Assembly: GCA_965652025.1 (NCBI GenBank)
Contig: CBFGTM010000010.1
Coordinates: 3,097 to 67,096, forward strand
Origin: an uncultured Gemmatimonadales bacterium
GTDB taxonomy: Bacteria; Gemmatimonadota; Gemmatimonadetes; Gemmatimonadales; GWC2-71-9
Direction of reading: 5' to 3'
DNA: 64,000 bases
Position 1 is the first letter of the stretch; every line of letters begins with the position of its first letter. A program made the translations under genes and the position numbers. Below are positions 18,847 to 29,015 of the stretch, piece after piece. Below the pieces are notes generated by a model that was given only the letters and a program-made list of their open reading frames with translations, had not been told where the DNA came from and made no database searches.

Positions 18847-20147
18847 AGAGTCCCCAGTCGCTCGCGGACCAAATGCTCGAGCTCGTCTCGAACCGGCTGC
18901 AGAGTTACCTCGGCAATCACTTCGGCGGCAAAGGCGTAGGTGAGCAGACGCTGGGCATCCTGCGCCGGCACGCCTCGACTCCGGGCGTAAAAGAGCGCGA
19001 GGTCATCCAGGCGGCCGACTGTAGCTCCGTGGGTGCATTTCACGTCGTCGGCGAAGATCTCGAGCTGCGGCTTGGTGTTGACCTTGGCTTTGTCGCTGAG
19101 CAGCAGGTTGCGGTTGGTCTGCTTGGCGTCAGTCTGCTGGGCTTCCGGCTTGACCAGCACCTTTCCATTGAACACCGCCCGAGAGCGGCCATCCAGAATG
19201 CCCTTGTACACCTCCCAGCTGCGGCAGTTCGGCTGGTCGTGATAAATGGTGGTGTGGTTATCCACCAGCTGATCTCCTCGGGTGATGTACAACCCGTAGA
19301 GGAGGGTCTCCACGTTCGACTCGTTCAGCCGCGCATGAAGGTTGTGCCGAGCCAGCGCTCCGCCCATGGCCATGGAAAAAGAGCGATAATGGCTGTCGCG
19401 CAGCTGGTGCACGTGGGTGGAACCGATGTGATAGGCACGCTCGCTTTCGCGCTGAATCCGGGTGTGCTCCAGCCAAGCGTTGGACCCCAGCACCACTTCG
19501 GTGACACTGTTTGTCCAGTAGGAGGAGCCAGAGGCCAATGAGACATAGCTCTCCACTACGGCTGCCCGCGCCCCGCGTTCGACCACGATCAGGTTCCGCG
19601 GCTGGATGACGCAGCCGTGCGCCTCCTGGGTTGCCACAAAGACCAGGTGAACCGGACGGCTGGCCTCGGTATTCGCCCCAACCTGGATGACCGCGCCTTC
19701 CCGAATCAGGGCGGTGTTTAGTGCCGTGAACCCGCTCGATTCAATCGGTGCATAGCGGGTCAAGTGGGCTTGGAGGGGAACCCCGTTTCGGCTGATCGCG
19801 TCGGCCAGGCTGTGGACCTGGATTCCCCCGGAGCGGAGGCCACCTGAGCTCAGTTCTTCGCGATACACTCCATCCACGAAGACCAGCGTGATCCATTCGG
19901 GATGGCCGAAGATGAAGCTGTCGAGGTCCTGCCGCTTTACCCGGGCAGTCTCGGAAGCCTGCCGCCACGGCGCCTGCGTGATCGCAGTGACCGGCGTGAA
20001 GCGCCACTCCTCCTCACGGGCAGTAGGAAACCCAGTGGTGGCGAACCGATCCATGGCCCGGCGGCGAACCGGCTCCAGCCAGTCCTGGCTGTCCGCGGTA
20101 GCCGCAGTGCTCCTGGTCTCGAATTCCTGCAGAAACATCTGGCTCAC
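18843..20147 (-). CDS. sufD: Fe-S cluster assembly protein SufD
   Basis: EEWRFT, KPQLEIFADDVKCTHGATVG, FYARSRG; GTG 20147 overlaps the sufC stop. Confidence 0.95.
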   Translation of the reverse strand: MSQMFLQEFETRSTAATADSQDWLEPVRRRAMDRFATTGFPTAREEEWRFTPVTAITQAPWRQASETARVKRQDLDSFIFGHPEWITLVFVDGVYREELSSGGLRSGGIQVHSLADAISRNGVPLQAHLTRYAPIESSGFTALNTALIREGAVIQVGANTEASRPVHLVFVATQEAHGCVIQPRNLIVVERGARAAVVESYVSLASGSSYWTNSVTEVVLGSNAWLEHTRIQRESERAYHIGSTHVHQLRDSHYRSFSMAMGGALARHNLHARLNESNVETLLYGLYITRGDQLVDNHTTIYHDQPNCRSWEVYKGILDGRSRAVFNGKVLVKPEAQQTDAKQTNRNLLLSDKAKVNTKPQLEIFADDVKCTHGATVGRLDDLALFYARSRGVPAQDAQRLLTYAFAAEVIAEVTLQPVRDELEHLVRERLGTL

Positions 20148-20911
20148 GTTGTCACGGCCTCTTCTTCCAGCCACTCATACCCCCGCGCTTCGAGCTCCAG
20201 GGCCAGATCCTTGCCGCCCGACTTCACAATGCGGCCCGCCGACAGCACGTGGACCCGATCAGGGATGATGTAGTTCAGCAGTCGCTGATAGTGGGTAACG
20301 ACGATCGTGGCCTTGTCCGGCCGACGCAGGGCATTCACCCCGTCCGCGACAATGCGCAAAGCATCGATGTCGAGCCCCGAGTCGGTTTCGTCCAGCACCG
20401 CCAGGGTGGGCTCGAGCACGGCCATTTGCAAGATTTCATTGCGCTTCTTTTCCCCTCCGGAAAATCCGGAGTTGACGGCCCGGCTCATGATGTCTGGACC
20501 CCATTCGACGACCCGGAGCTTCTCCTCCAGCAGATCCAGAAAATCTAGGGAGTCGACTTCTTCCAGTCCCCGAGCCTTGCGGATCTCGTTGTAGGCGGCA
20601 CGCAGGAAGTAGGCATTGCTGATGCCCGGAATTTCCACTGGATACTGAAACGCTAGAAAGACGCCGGCCTGAGCCCGCTCCTCAGGCTCCATGTCGAGGA
20701 GGTCGCGGCCTTGATAACGTATCTGGCCGGAGGTGACCTGGTAGGCCGGGTGCCCGGCAATTACCTGGGCCAGTGTGCTCTTCCCCGATCCATTCGGGCC
20801 CATGACAGCGTGGACCTCTCCCGCTCGCACCGTGAGATCGATGCCCCGGAGGATTTCCTTGTCACCGGCGCTCGCGCGCAGGCCCTGAATCTCCAGCAAT
20901 GCTGCTTCCAT
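20144..20911 (-). CDS. sufC: Fe-S cluster assembly ATPase SufC
   Basis: MGPNGSGKST, FLAFQYPVEIPG, GFSGGEKKRNE, LDETDSGLDIDAL; ATG 20911. Confidence 0.97.
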   Translation of the reverse strand: MEAALLEIQGLRASAGDKEILRGIDLTVRAGEVHAVMGPNGSGKSTLAQVIAGHPAYQVTSGQIRYQGRDLLDMEPEERAQAGVFLAFQYPVEIPGISNAYFLRAAYNEIRKARGLEEVDSLDFLDLLEEKLRVVEWGPDIMSRAVNSGFSGGEKKRNEILQMAVLEPTLAVLDETDSGLDIDALRIVADGVNALRRPDKATIVVTHYQRLLNYIIPDRVHVLSAGRIVKSGGKDLALELEARGYEWLEEEAVTT

Positions 20912-22350
20912 TATCCCACACTTCCTTCCAGGCTCACGCCCAGCAGCTTCTGAGCTTCCACCGCGAACTCCATGGGCAACTCCTTGAAGACCTCTTTGCA
21001 GAAGCCGTTCACGATCATGGAGATGGCGTTCTCGGTGTTGAGGCCGCGCTGTTTCAGGTAAAAGATCTGGTCTTCGCCGATTTTTGAGGTGGACGCCTCG
21101 TGCTCCACCGCGGCGGTCGAGTTCTGCACGTCGATGTAGGGGAAGGTATGTGCCCCGCACCGATTGCCGATCAGCATGGAGTCACACTGGGTGTAGTTGC
21201 GAGCACCGGCGGCCTTAGGCAGCACCTTGACCAGCCCCCGATAGCTGTTTTGTCCCTGGCCCGCCGAGATACCCTTCGAAACGATAGTACTTCGGGTGTT
21301 CTTACCCATGTGGATCATCTTGGTTCCGGTATCGGCCTGTTGCTTTCCGTTCACCACCGCCACCGAATAGAACTCGCCCACCGAATCATCGCCCTGGAGA
21401 ATGACGCTGGGGTATTTCCAGGTAATGGCGGATCCGGTTTCCACCTGGGTCCAGGAGATCTTGGAACGGGCGCCGACGCACTTGCCTCGCTTGGTTACGA
21501 AGTTGAAGATCCCGCCGCGTCCCTGCTCATCGCCGGCATACCAGTTCTGCACCGTCGAGTACTTGATGGTGGCGCCTTCCAAGGCCACCAGCTCGACGAC
21601 AGCCGCGTGCAGTTGGTTCTGGTCGCGCCGAGGAGCGGTGCAGCCTTCGAGGTAGCTGACCGAGGCCCCCTCCTCCGCGATTATGAGGGTGCGCTCAAAC
21701 TGCCCGGTCTCTGCCGCATTGATGCGGAAATACGTGGATAGCTCCATTGGACACTGCACGCCCTTGGGAACGAACACAAAGGAGCCATCGCTGAAGACGG
21801 CGGCATTGAGGGCCGCGAAGAAGTTGTCGCTGGCCGGAACGACGGAGCCCAGGTACTGACGAACCAGCTCGGGATGCTCCCGGACTGCTTCGCCAAAAGA
21901 GCAGAAGATGATCCCGGCTTCCGCCAGACGAGCCTTGTAAGTAGTGCCGACCGATACGCTGTCGAAGATGGCGTCCACCGCAACACCGGCGAGAAGCTTC
22001 TGTTCCGACAACGGAATGCCGAGCTTCTGGTAGGTCTCCAGTAGCTTGGGATCTACCTCGTCCAGGCTTCCCAACGGGGTCTTGGTCTTGGGTGCGGCGT
22101 AATAGCGCAGGGCCTGGTAGTCGACCGGGTCGTACTTGATGTTGGGCCAGTTGTGAGGCTCCACCATCTTCTGCCAGCCCCGGAACGCCTTGAGCCTCCA
22201 GTCGAGGAGCCAGTTGGGCTCGCCCTTCTTGGAGGAAATCAGGCGGATGATGTCTTCGTTCAGGCCACGAGGAGCTATGTCGGACTCGATGTCAGTTACG
22301 AATCCGTACTTGTACTCCTTGTTGACCAGGCTCTCGACTTGCGAGCTCAT
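20911..22350 (-). CDS. sufB: Fe-S cluster assembly protein SufB
   Basis: [50 protein letters not shown]. Confidence 0.98.
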   Translation of the reverse strand: MSSQVESLVNKEYKYGFVTDIESDIAPRGLNEDIIRLISSKKGEPNWLLDWRLKAFRGWQKMVEPHNWPNIKYDPVDYQALRYYAAPKTKTPLGSLDEVDPKLLETYQKLGIPLSEQKLLAGVAVDAIFDSVSVGTTYKARLAEAGIIFCSFGEAVREHPELVRQYLGSVVPASDNFFAALNAAVFSDGSFVFVPKGVQCPMELSTYFRINAAETGQFERTLIIAEEGASVSYLEGCTAPRRDQNQLHAAVVELVALEGATIKYSTVQNWYAGDEQGRGGIFNFVTKRGKCVGARSKISWTQVETGSAITWKYPSVILQGDDSVGEFYSVAVVNGKQQADTGTKMIHMGKNTRSTIVSKGISAGQGQNSYRGLVKVLPKAAGARNYTQCDSMLIGNRCGAHTFPYIDVQNSTAAVEHEASTSKIGEDQIFYLKQRGLNTENAISMIVNGFCKEVFKELPMEFAVEAQKLLGVSLEGSVG

Positions 22351-23081
22351 GAGTTCTCCTCTAGGCTGGCATCGGGAGTCGGGCTCGGGGCCGGCCCGGC
22401 ACCATTGCCCTTCATTCCGATACCTCTAAAACTGATCCGGTATTCGCAGGCGCTGCAGCCATTCAAAATGTGGCGCTCCCGTTGTACGTCGGCGCCGAGC
22501 ACCTGGCTCAGCAGTCTGGCCTCGGCCGCACAGATTTCAGGAAACCGCTCGGCAACGGATTGTACGGCACAGTTGTGCTCGATGAGTGTGCCGGAGCTGC
22601 CGGTGAGAGCCGCCTCAGCCATGAACCCCTCGGCCGATAACAGCCTGGCAATAGACTCCAACCGATGAGCCGGTGGCGCACCGGCCAGCTCGCTCTCCAG
22701 TTGCTCGGCCAGGTTCGAGTACCGGTTCTCCAGCAATGCAGCGGCGCCGGCGTGGCCCGCGTGCTGAACCAGATTGACGAGCAGGTGGTCCAAAACGGCT
22801 TCGTAGCGTCTGGGAAACAGGGCTGATCCGGCTGGGGTAAGACTATAGGCAAAGGTGGGAGCTCCCACCCCACGATTCTGGCGCTCATACCGCACCAGCC
22901 CCTCCTGCTCCAGCTCCTTCAAATGATGGCGGATGTTGTTCAGCGAGGCGTCCAGCCGAGCCGCGAGCTCTTTGGTGGTCAGTCCATCGGCCTTCTTGAG
23001 CTCATTCAGTACGGCCGCCCTGGTCCCCCGGTATCCCGAGGGTCCGGAGCTTTCCTGCGGCTGGGGCAAGGTGAACGTCAT
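22347..23081 (-). CDS. sufR: SufR-type Fe-S sensing HTH transcriptional regulator
   Basis: N-terminal wHTH ([14 protein letters not shown]), C-terminal EHNC...FPEIC.AE...C..C; first gene of the suf cluster. Confidence 0.85.
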   Translation of the reverse strand: MTFTLPQPQESSGPSGYRGTRAAVLNELKKADGLTTKELAARLDASLNNIRHHLKELEQEGLVRYERQNRGVGAPTFAYSLTPAGSALFPRRYEAVLDHLLVNLVQHAGHAGAAALLENRYSNLAEQLESELAGAPPAHRLESIARLLSAEGFMAEAALTGSSGTLIEHNCAVQSVAERFPEICAAEARLLSQVLGADVQRERHILNGCSACEYRISFRGIGMKGNGAGPAPSPTPDASLEENS

Positions 23082-23090
23082 AGTGGGACA

Positions 23091-23119
23091 ATGTTAAGTA
23101 AATTAGTCGGAATTGTCAA
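23091..23119 (-). promoter_or_regulatory. sigma70-type promoter of the sufR-suf operon
   Basis: Minus strand TTGACA-17 nt-TAACAT, ending 9 nt before the sufR ATG. Confidence 0.75.
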
Positions 23120-23295
23120 TTTGCTCAGCATTTTGGTGCGAATTCTGAGAACAAAGCAAAACAATAACTTACATGGCACATCCCCAACTCGTCCGGGAGG
23201 TAGGCGCCAACGTAGTAGCAAAGACTACTTAGACGTGGTTCTAGCAGGTGCCGCCGGAACTGGTCATATTAAGTTTGGCCCTTTCCGAGACCCCG

Positions 23296-23859
23296 ATGAC
23301 CATCCACCGTATCCGGCTCCTGGGAGATCCAATCCTCCGCGCGCGTTGCGAGCCGATCAGCAAACCGCGCTCGACTGCCGTACGGGTCATCATGGACGAC
23401 ATGCGCGAGACCCTGCGGGACTGGCAATCGAGGTTCGGCAGTGGCCGGGGAATCGCAGCTCCCCAGATCGGTGCCCCGGTCCGGATGGTGTACATCGACA
23501 TGGGGCAGCCCTGGCCCTTGATAAACCCGGAGATCCTCGACATCGGCAACGAAGATTTCGAGGTATGGGACGACTGCTTCTCGTTCCCCAGCCTGCTGGT
23601 GCGAGTGTCCCGGGCCTACCGGATCCGGGTTCGCTATCAGGATCTCAAGGGCGAGTGGCAGGAAGTCGAAGTGGAAGGAGACCAGGCCGAGCTTCTCCAG
23701 CACGAGATCGATCATCTGGACGGCGTCCTTGCGGTCGACCGGCCCCAGGGGCTCGACCCGTTTTGCCTGAAGGAAGAGTGGCACCGGCAGCATGGTGCGG
23801 AAGGACGCTATGGTCCGCCGGAACCGAGAACCGCGAGCTACGCCACCCAGCTGGAGTAG
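23296..23859 (+). CDS. def: Peptide deformylase (variant motif 2)
   Basis: LLGDPIL, GRGIAAPQIG, INPEI, DDCFS (for EGCLS), QHEIDHLDG. Confidence 0.88.
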   Translation: MTIHRIRLLGDPILRARCEPISKPRSTAVRVIMDDMRETLRDWQSRFGSGRGIAAPQIGAPVRMVYIDMGQPWPLINPEILDIGNEDFEVWDDCFSFPSLLVRVSRAYRIRVRYQDLKGEWQEVEVEGDQAELLQHEIDHLDGVLAVDRPQGLDPFCLKEEWHRQHGAEGRYGPPEPRTASYATQLE

Positions 23860-23865
23860 CCAGCC

Positions 23866-25905
23866 TTAGAACCACCGCCCCAGACGCACGAAGAAGGCAT
23901 CACGTCCCCCGGTGGCCAACCCGTATTCAAATCGTACCGGGCCCACCGGGGTTTCCGCGCCGAGTCCGATCCGCGCACCTCCAACCCACCCATCGTCCCC
24001 CAACAAAGTGCCGCCAGTGGCCGATCGTCCGGCCGCTGCCTCCAGCCGGCCTACGAACGGAGCCTTCAAGGGATAGGTAAGTAGCAAATCGAGCAAGATC
24101 TCACGGTCACCCCTCCGCTCGCCGATATGCAGGCCGGGAAAGCCGTCATCGCCGCCCAGAGGGAAGGTCGCCTGCAGCGGCAGGTCTTTCCCCCAACCGA
24201 GGCGGACTCTGGGCCGCAGCCGGACCGGGCCAATTCGGCCGTACACCTCAGCATCGAGAGCTGCACGCTGATAGAGACCGGTCCAGGCGACGGAGGCTTC
24301 CGCCTGCCGAATGCCTGATTGGCTCTCCCGGGTAACCTGTAGAGCGGCCCCGAGCGTCGACTGGTCGCTCCCCGGCTCCTCCCAGACATGGCCGAGGGCA
24401 CCGAGTGCGATCTGCCAGTCGTCGGGAAGGGCCCGCTCGACTCCGGCAAATCCCAGCGCCTCTCGGGTCTTGGCGGGATCGATCTCGTCTCCTTCGCTGT
24501 CGAATTGCCGGATCGATTCGGTCGCCAGACGGGCGGTAAAGGTGGGAGTCATGAGTTGACGCCCGAGCTGGAAGTACCGACGCATTCCAACATAGAGCTC
24601 CTTGCGGAACTCCCCGATGAACACGGCAGCGCTTCCCTCCAGGGTCAGACCCAGCAGACGGCGGTCCACAGCGCCCAGCCACATCCTCCCACCCAGCTCG
24701 TTGTCGTAGGCCAGGCCGAGCCCGGCCACTCGACGGGGACTTCGCCGGGCCGAGACATGGAAAGAAACGGAATCACCGGCGCCGCGTGGCGAGAGCCATA
24801 CCGCCTGGTAGGCATCGGACTGCGCCAGCCCGCGCATCCGGCTCCGCAGGAGACCGAGCTCCAGCGTGTCACTGAGGCCGAGGCCCAGCAGGCGCTCGAG
24901 GGCGAGGCGCTCGGACTTGCTGCTGCTCGCGATTTCGAAGCTCGAGACGCGGATCGGCAAGCGCCAGGCAGGTGACAGCCGGCGAGGAGGACAGGAGATC
25001 CCGGGCAATACAGTATCGGCGGCGGCGGCGCCTCGGCGAATCAGCAGATCGACGTTCTCGGCGGAGAAGTTGAGGCCGGTGAACCCGGCCACATCGGGGC
25101 GAACGATGACGTCCCCCGGCCTGAGGCTGTCGGCCGGCTGCTGAAACAGGAAGCCCAGCAAGCGATCCGCCAAAACGAGAGGTGAGTAGAGATCGAGGGA
25201 GTCCGCCAGTCGCTCCGTGGCATCGGACACGATAACGCGTTCGGCACCGGCGGCCCGCGCGGCTGACACCGGGATGTTGGCGACCAGACCGCCATCGGCA
25301 AGGATCCGGCCGTCCAGCGATTCGGGAGCAAAGACAAGGGGAATGGCAAAGCTGGCCCGGACGGCGCGAGCCAGATCACCCGACCGCAGCACCACAACGG
25401 AGCGATCGGCCAGATTGGCGGCCACTGCTCGAAAGGGAATCGGCAGCGAATCGAAGTTTCCGCGGGCCAGGAGGTTGCCGCGCAACATGGCGGCGTTCAC
25501 CAGCGCATTCACTTCGGCTTCGGCCACGGCCGCATTCTGGAGATTGAACCTTCGCTCGCCCTGCTCCCAGACCACCAGTGGCTGCACCGGACCGAGGCTT
25601 CGAGGCGCGCGCGGCTGGTAGGTACGAAAGAGATCCGCGATAGGCAGCGATCGCGCGAGGGAATCGATCTCCCGGCCGCGGTAGCCGCTGGCGTACATGG
25701 CGCCGATGATGGCACCCATGCTGCTGCCGACGATCAGGTCGGGGCTGACTCCCAGGCTATCGAGCACCCGCAGGACGCCAACATGCGCCAGACCCTTGGC
25801 TCCTCCCCCGGAAAGCACCAGCGCAGTCCGCGGGGGGCGACAGGTTTGACCATACGCCGGCGAGGCCGTTAGACAGGTGACGATGAGTAAGCAGCGGACG
25901 AGCAT
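23866..25905 (-). CDS. Patatin-like phospholipase with C-terminal outer-membrane beta-barrel (PlpD-like)
   Basis: Signal peptide; [21 protein letters not shown]; ends [12 protein letters not shown]...RLGRWF. Confidence 0.85.
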   Translation of the reverse strand: MLVRCLLIVTCLTASPAYGQTCRPPRTALVLSGGGAKGLAHVGVLRVLDSLGVSPDLIVGSSMGAIIGAMYASGYRGREIDSLARSLPIADLFRTYQPRAPRSLGPVQPLVVWEQGERRFNLQNAAVAEAEVNALVNAAMLRGNLLARGNFDSLPIPFRAVAANLADRSVVVLRSGDLARAVRASFAIPLVFAPESLDGRILADGGLVANIPVSAARAAGAERVIVSDATERLADSLDLYSPLVLADRLLGFLFQQPADSLRPGDVIVRPDVAGFTGLNFSAENVDLLIRRGAAAADTVLPGISCPPRRLSPAWRLPIRVSSFEIASSSKSERLALERLLGLGLSDTLELGLLRSRMRGLAQSDAYQAVWLSPRGAGDSVSFHVSARRSPRRVAGLGLAYDNELGGRMWLGAVDRRLLGLTLEGSAAVFIGEFRKELYVGMRRYFQLGRQLMTPTFTARLATESIRQFDSEGDEIDPAKTREALGFAGVERALPDDWQIALGALGHVWEEPGSDQSTLGAALQVTRESQSGIRQAEASVAWTGLYQRAALDAEVYGRIGPVRLRPRVRLGWGKDLPLQATFPLGGDDGFPGLHIGERRGDREILLDLLLTYPLKAPFVGRLEAAAGRSATGGTLLGDDGWVGGARIGLGAETPVGPVRFEYGLATGGRDAFFVRLGRWF

Positions 25906-26012
25906 GCGACCGCAAAATAGGGCTGTGGAACGCCCCTTGCGCCACCCGATCACCCTTCGTATACCTTTGCCAGAGCCATGACTTAGATGGCCGTTCTCCA
26001 GAGGAGTCGCTG

Positions 26013-26276
26013 GTGACCTACGTAATTGTCGAGGGATGTATCGGGGTAAAGGACCGAGCCTGCGTCGATGTGTGTCCGGTGGACTGCATCTACGAAGGAG
26101 AGGACCAGCTCTACATTCACCCTGACGAGTGTATTGACTGCGGCGCCTGCGAGCCGGAATGCCCGGTAACGGCAATATTCCCGGAGGAGGACGTGCCTCC
26201 GCAGTTTGCCTCCTTCATCGAGAAGAACAAGGAGGTCTTCAATAGCGATACCCCGCCGGGGCGGCCAAAGAGATAG
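26013..26276 (+). CDS. Ferredoxin (7Fe / 4Fe-4S dicluster type)
   Basis: [18 protein letters not shown] and [17 protein letters not shown]; AGGAG SD upstream of GTG. Confidence 0.95.
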   Translation: MTYVIVEGCIGVKDRACVDVCPVDCIYEGEDQLYIHPDECIDCGACEPECPVTAIFPEEDVPPQFASFIEKNKEVFNSDTPPGRPKR

Positions 26277-26289
26277 ATGAAAGAAAGGA

Positions 26290-26327
26290 GCCCCGGGATC
26301 GTACTGCGTGGCCGCGATCCCGGAGCT
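26290..26327. terminator. Hairpin between convergent ferredoxin and hydrolase genes
   Basis: CCGGGATCG...CGATCCCGG inverted repeat. Confidence 0.5.
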
Positions 26328-26378
26328 GAATTGAGGAAGGACTGCATAGAGTAGAACGCACAGCCCACCGGGATGGTT

Positions 26379-27584
26379 TCACCCAATCGATTTCACGAAG
26401 TCGCGCAGCTGAGCCAGCACTCGCTCCGGTTGCTCCACTGGCGTCAGGTGTCCGGCACGGGGAATGACCGCAAATCGTGCTCCTGGGATGGCTTGCGCCA
26501 TCGCCCGAGCCTGGTCAGGTGGCGTTAAGCTGTCGGAATCACCCGCCAGTACCAGGGTAGGAAGACCAGCGAGCGTGGGAAGGAGAGGCTCGCTGTCAGG
26601 GCGGTCCCGCATGGCGGCCAGTGCACCGACGATGCCGGCTACTGGGTTCTTCGTGATCATCCCACCGACCCGCTGGACGACATCGGGTCGCTCCGCCAGG
26701 GTGGAGGGAGCCAGCAGCTTCGGTAGCATGGCCTCGGCGATGGCATCGGCGCCGGACTCGCGCGCCAGGGCCGCGGCGGCATCCCGGCCTCGCCGAGCCT
26801 CGGCGTCATCGGCCGTGGCCCGGGTGTCCATCAGCACCAGTCCCCGCACCCGGGAGCGCCACTGCCGAAGGAACTCGAAAGCGATGTATCCACCCATGGA
26901 AAGCCCACCGAGCACCACCTGTTCCACCCCCAGAGCGTCGAGCAGAGCTGCCAGATCGGCCGCGTAGATGTTGATGCCATAACCCAGGTCGGGAGCATCG
27001 GACTGTCCCATGCCCCGAAGGTCCGGCGCAATGACCCGATAGCCGTCCAGGCCATCGATCTGCTCGCGCCACATGGTACGATCCAGCGGGTACCCATGCA
27101 CCAGCAGAATCGCCGGGCCTTCACCCTGCACTTCGACCGCGAGGTTCACACCGTGCACCATGAGCCGCTGCACGTTCCCTGGCGATTCGCGCCAGGCATT
27201 CATGAACTCTCCGAACGCAGGCGGCACCGGTACCGGCCTGCCATCGCGGTCGATGCAGACGAACACGAACTCAGCACTGGCAATCAGGGTGTCGTCGCGA
27301 ACTCGGCGGGCCGCCTGCCGCATGGTAAAGCTGGTGCGGCCGTGATGAGTGAGCGTCTGCTGGAACCGGAGCACGTCTCCGGGAAAAGCAGCGGCTCTGT
27401 AATCGATCACCGTCTTCCGAAGAGCAGGCCAGGCACCGGCCCCGGTGAATACATCTATGCCGGGCCCGCCCCGGAGCATTTCCCACCGAGCCCGCTCGAA
27501 CAGGCTCAGGAAGGAGGCCTGGTTCAGGTGACCGAAGGCGTCACATTCATCCGGGTAGACGACGAGATCGATTTCAGGAAGCAC
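26379..27584 (-). CDS. Fusion: YbgC/FadM-type hotdog acyl-CoA thioesterase + alpha/beta hydrolase
   Basis: N-term ECDAFGHLNQA..FERARW; C-term HGYP, DLRGMG, GLSMGG, D..TP, AGHL; GTG start uncertain. Confidence 0.8.
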   Translation of the reverse strand: MLPEIDLVVYPDECDAFGHLNQASFLSLFERARWEMLRGGPGIDVFTGAGAWPALRKTVIDYRAAAFPGDVLRFQQTLTHHGRTSFTMRQAARRVRDDTLIASAEFVFVCIDRDGRPVPVPPAFGEFMNAWRESPGNVQRLMVHGVNLAVEVQGEGPAILLVHGYPLDRTMWREQIDGLDGYRVIAPDLRGMGQSDAPDLGYGINIYAADLAALLDALGVEQVVLGGLSMGGYIAFEFLRQWRSRVRGLVLMDTRATADDAEARRGRDAAAALARESGADAIAEAMLPKLLAPSTLAERPDVVQRVGGMITKNPVAGIVGALAAMRDRPDSEPLLPTLAGLPTLVLAGDSDSLTPPDQARAMAQAIPGARFAVIPRAGHLTPVEQPERVLAQLRDFVKSIG

Positions 27585-27702
27585 GGACCAGGGCCAGGAC
27601 CGGGGACCAGGGAGATGAGTAAACCTCGGTCGAGGAGATATACTAGAGAAGCGTTGGTTCGGTGAGACCTCAGGCACCTCTGACCATCAGGCACACACCT
27701 CA

Positions 27703-27873
27703 ATGAAACCAGCCACCGACTATATCCGACACGCCGCACGACTGGCTCGCAAGCTCCAGATGGACAGCAGCATGGGCGGGACCCCGCAACCCGACGCCGA
27801 GTTCTACAAGGCGCTCAGCAAGGCGTTTGACGAAATCGCCGCCGGTCTCGAGCAAGTCGGGAAGCCGGATTGA
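27703..27873 (+). CDS. Small hypothetical protein (56 aa), not in the ORF track
   Basis: ATG..TGA frame MKPATDYIRHAARLARKLQMDSSMGGTPQPDAEFYKALSKAFDEIAAGLEQVGKPD; stop overlaps the rnd TTG start. Confidence 0.6.
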   Translation: MKPATDYIRHAARLARKLQMDSSMGGTPQPDAEFYKALSKAFDEIAAGLEQVGKPD

Positions 27874-29015
27874 TCCGACTGATTCAGCGCCAGGACGATT
27901 TCGATCACCTGGTCGGCCGACTCCGGAAGGAGCCGCTGGTCGCGGTGGACACCGAGGCCGCCAGCTTTCACCGTTTCCTGGACCGGATCTATCTCCTGCA
28001 GCTGTCGTCCAGGACGGAAACCGCCGTGGTCGACCCCCTCTCCGTCTCCAATCTGGATTCGCTGGGCGATCTGCTGGCCGACCCCGCCATAGAGATCGTC
28101 TTCCACGACGCCGATTACGATCTCAGGTTGCTGGAGAATCAGTACGGCTTTCGGGCCAATCACCTCTTTGACACCAGAATTGCCGCCCAGCTCCTCAATG
28201 AGCCCGGTGTCGGCCTGGCGGCACTGCTGGAGAAATACATCGGCGTCCAGCTGGACAAGCGTTTCCAGCGCGCGGACTGGTCGGCTCGTCCGCTCACGCC
28301 CGAGATGTTGGAGTATGCCGCGGCGGACACCAGACACCTGCCGCAGCTGCGCGACCGGCTGCGCGCGCGACTGGAGGAGCTGGATCGGCTCGACTGGGCC
28401 GAGGAGGAGTTTCAGATTCTCAGCCAGGCCGATCGATTGGTCGCGGAGCCGGACGAACCGGGATACCTCCGGATGAAGGGAGCCAAGGCACTGAAGGGAA
28501 GGTCACTTGCGATCCTGCGGGAACTCTTTCAATGGCGAGAGGAGTTGGCTCGCCGAACCGACAAGGCGGCGTTTCGCATCCTCAACAATGAGCCCTTGCT
28601 CGCCATGGCCAAATCCCCACCCAGCGATATGGCCGCGCTCAAGTCGGTAAGAGGGATCAGCCCCGAGCAGGCCCAACGCCGGGGTAAGGACATTCTCGAC
28701 GCGGTGCGGCGAGCAATGCAACTTCCCGAAAGCGAGCTCCCCCGGGTGGACCGTCGCCCCCGATATCAGCCCGACGCGGCGCTCGAGGCCCGACTCGAAC
28801 GACTGAAAATGGCGCGGAACACTCTGGCGCAGCGGTACGAGCTTGCTCCCGGTGTCCTCTGTCCCAATGGGGTGCTGGAAGCGATTGCCCGAGTGAACCC
28901 GGAAACTCCCGAGCAGGAGGCCGAAATTCGCGAGCTACGCCGCTGGCAGCTGCGAGAGATCGGGGGCGAGTTACTGGCTGCTTTGCGGCCGCCGGCTCCT
29001 GGAGACCGGCGCTAA
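27870..29015 (+). CDS. rnd: Ribonuclease D (DEDDy exonuclease + HRDC)
   Basis: VAVDTEA, LLQLS, VFHDADYD, FDTRIAAQ, DWSARPL, YAAAD; WREELARRTDK HRDC region. Confidence 0.92.
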   Translation: MIRLIQRQDDFDHLVGRLRKEPLVAVDTEAASFHRFLDRIYLLQLSSRTETAVVDPLSVSNLDSLGDLLADPAIEIVFHDADYDLRLLENQYGFRANHLFDTRIAAQLLNEPGVGLAALLEKYIGVQLDKRFQRADWSARPLTPEMLEYAAADTRHLPQLRDRLRARLEELDRLDWAEEEFQILSQADRLVAEPDEPGYLRMKGAKALKGRSLAILRELFQWREELARRTDKAAFRILNNEPLLAMAKSPPSDMAALKSVRGISPEQAQRRGKDILDAVRRAMQLPESELPRVDRRPRYQPDAALEARLERLKMARNTLAQRYELAPGVLCPNGVLEAIARVNPETPEQEAEIRELRRWQLREIGGELLAALRPPAPGDRR

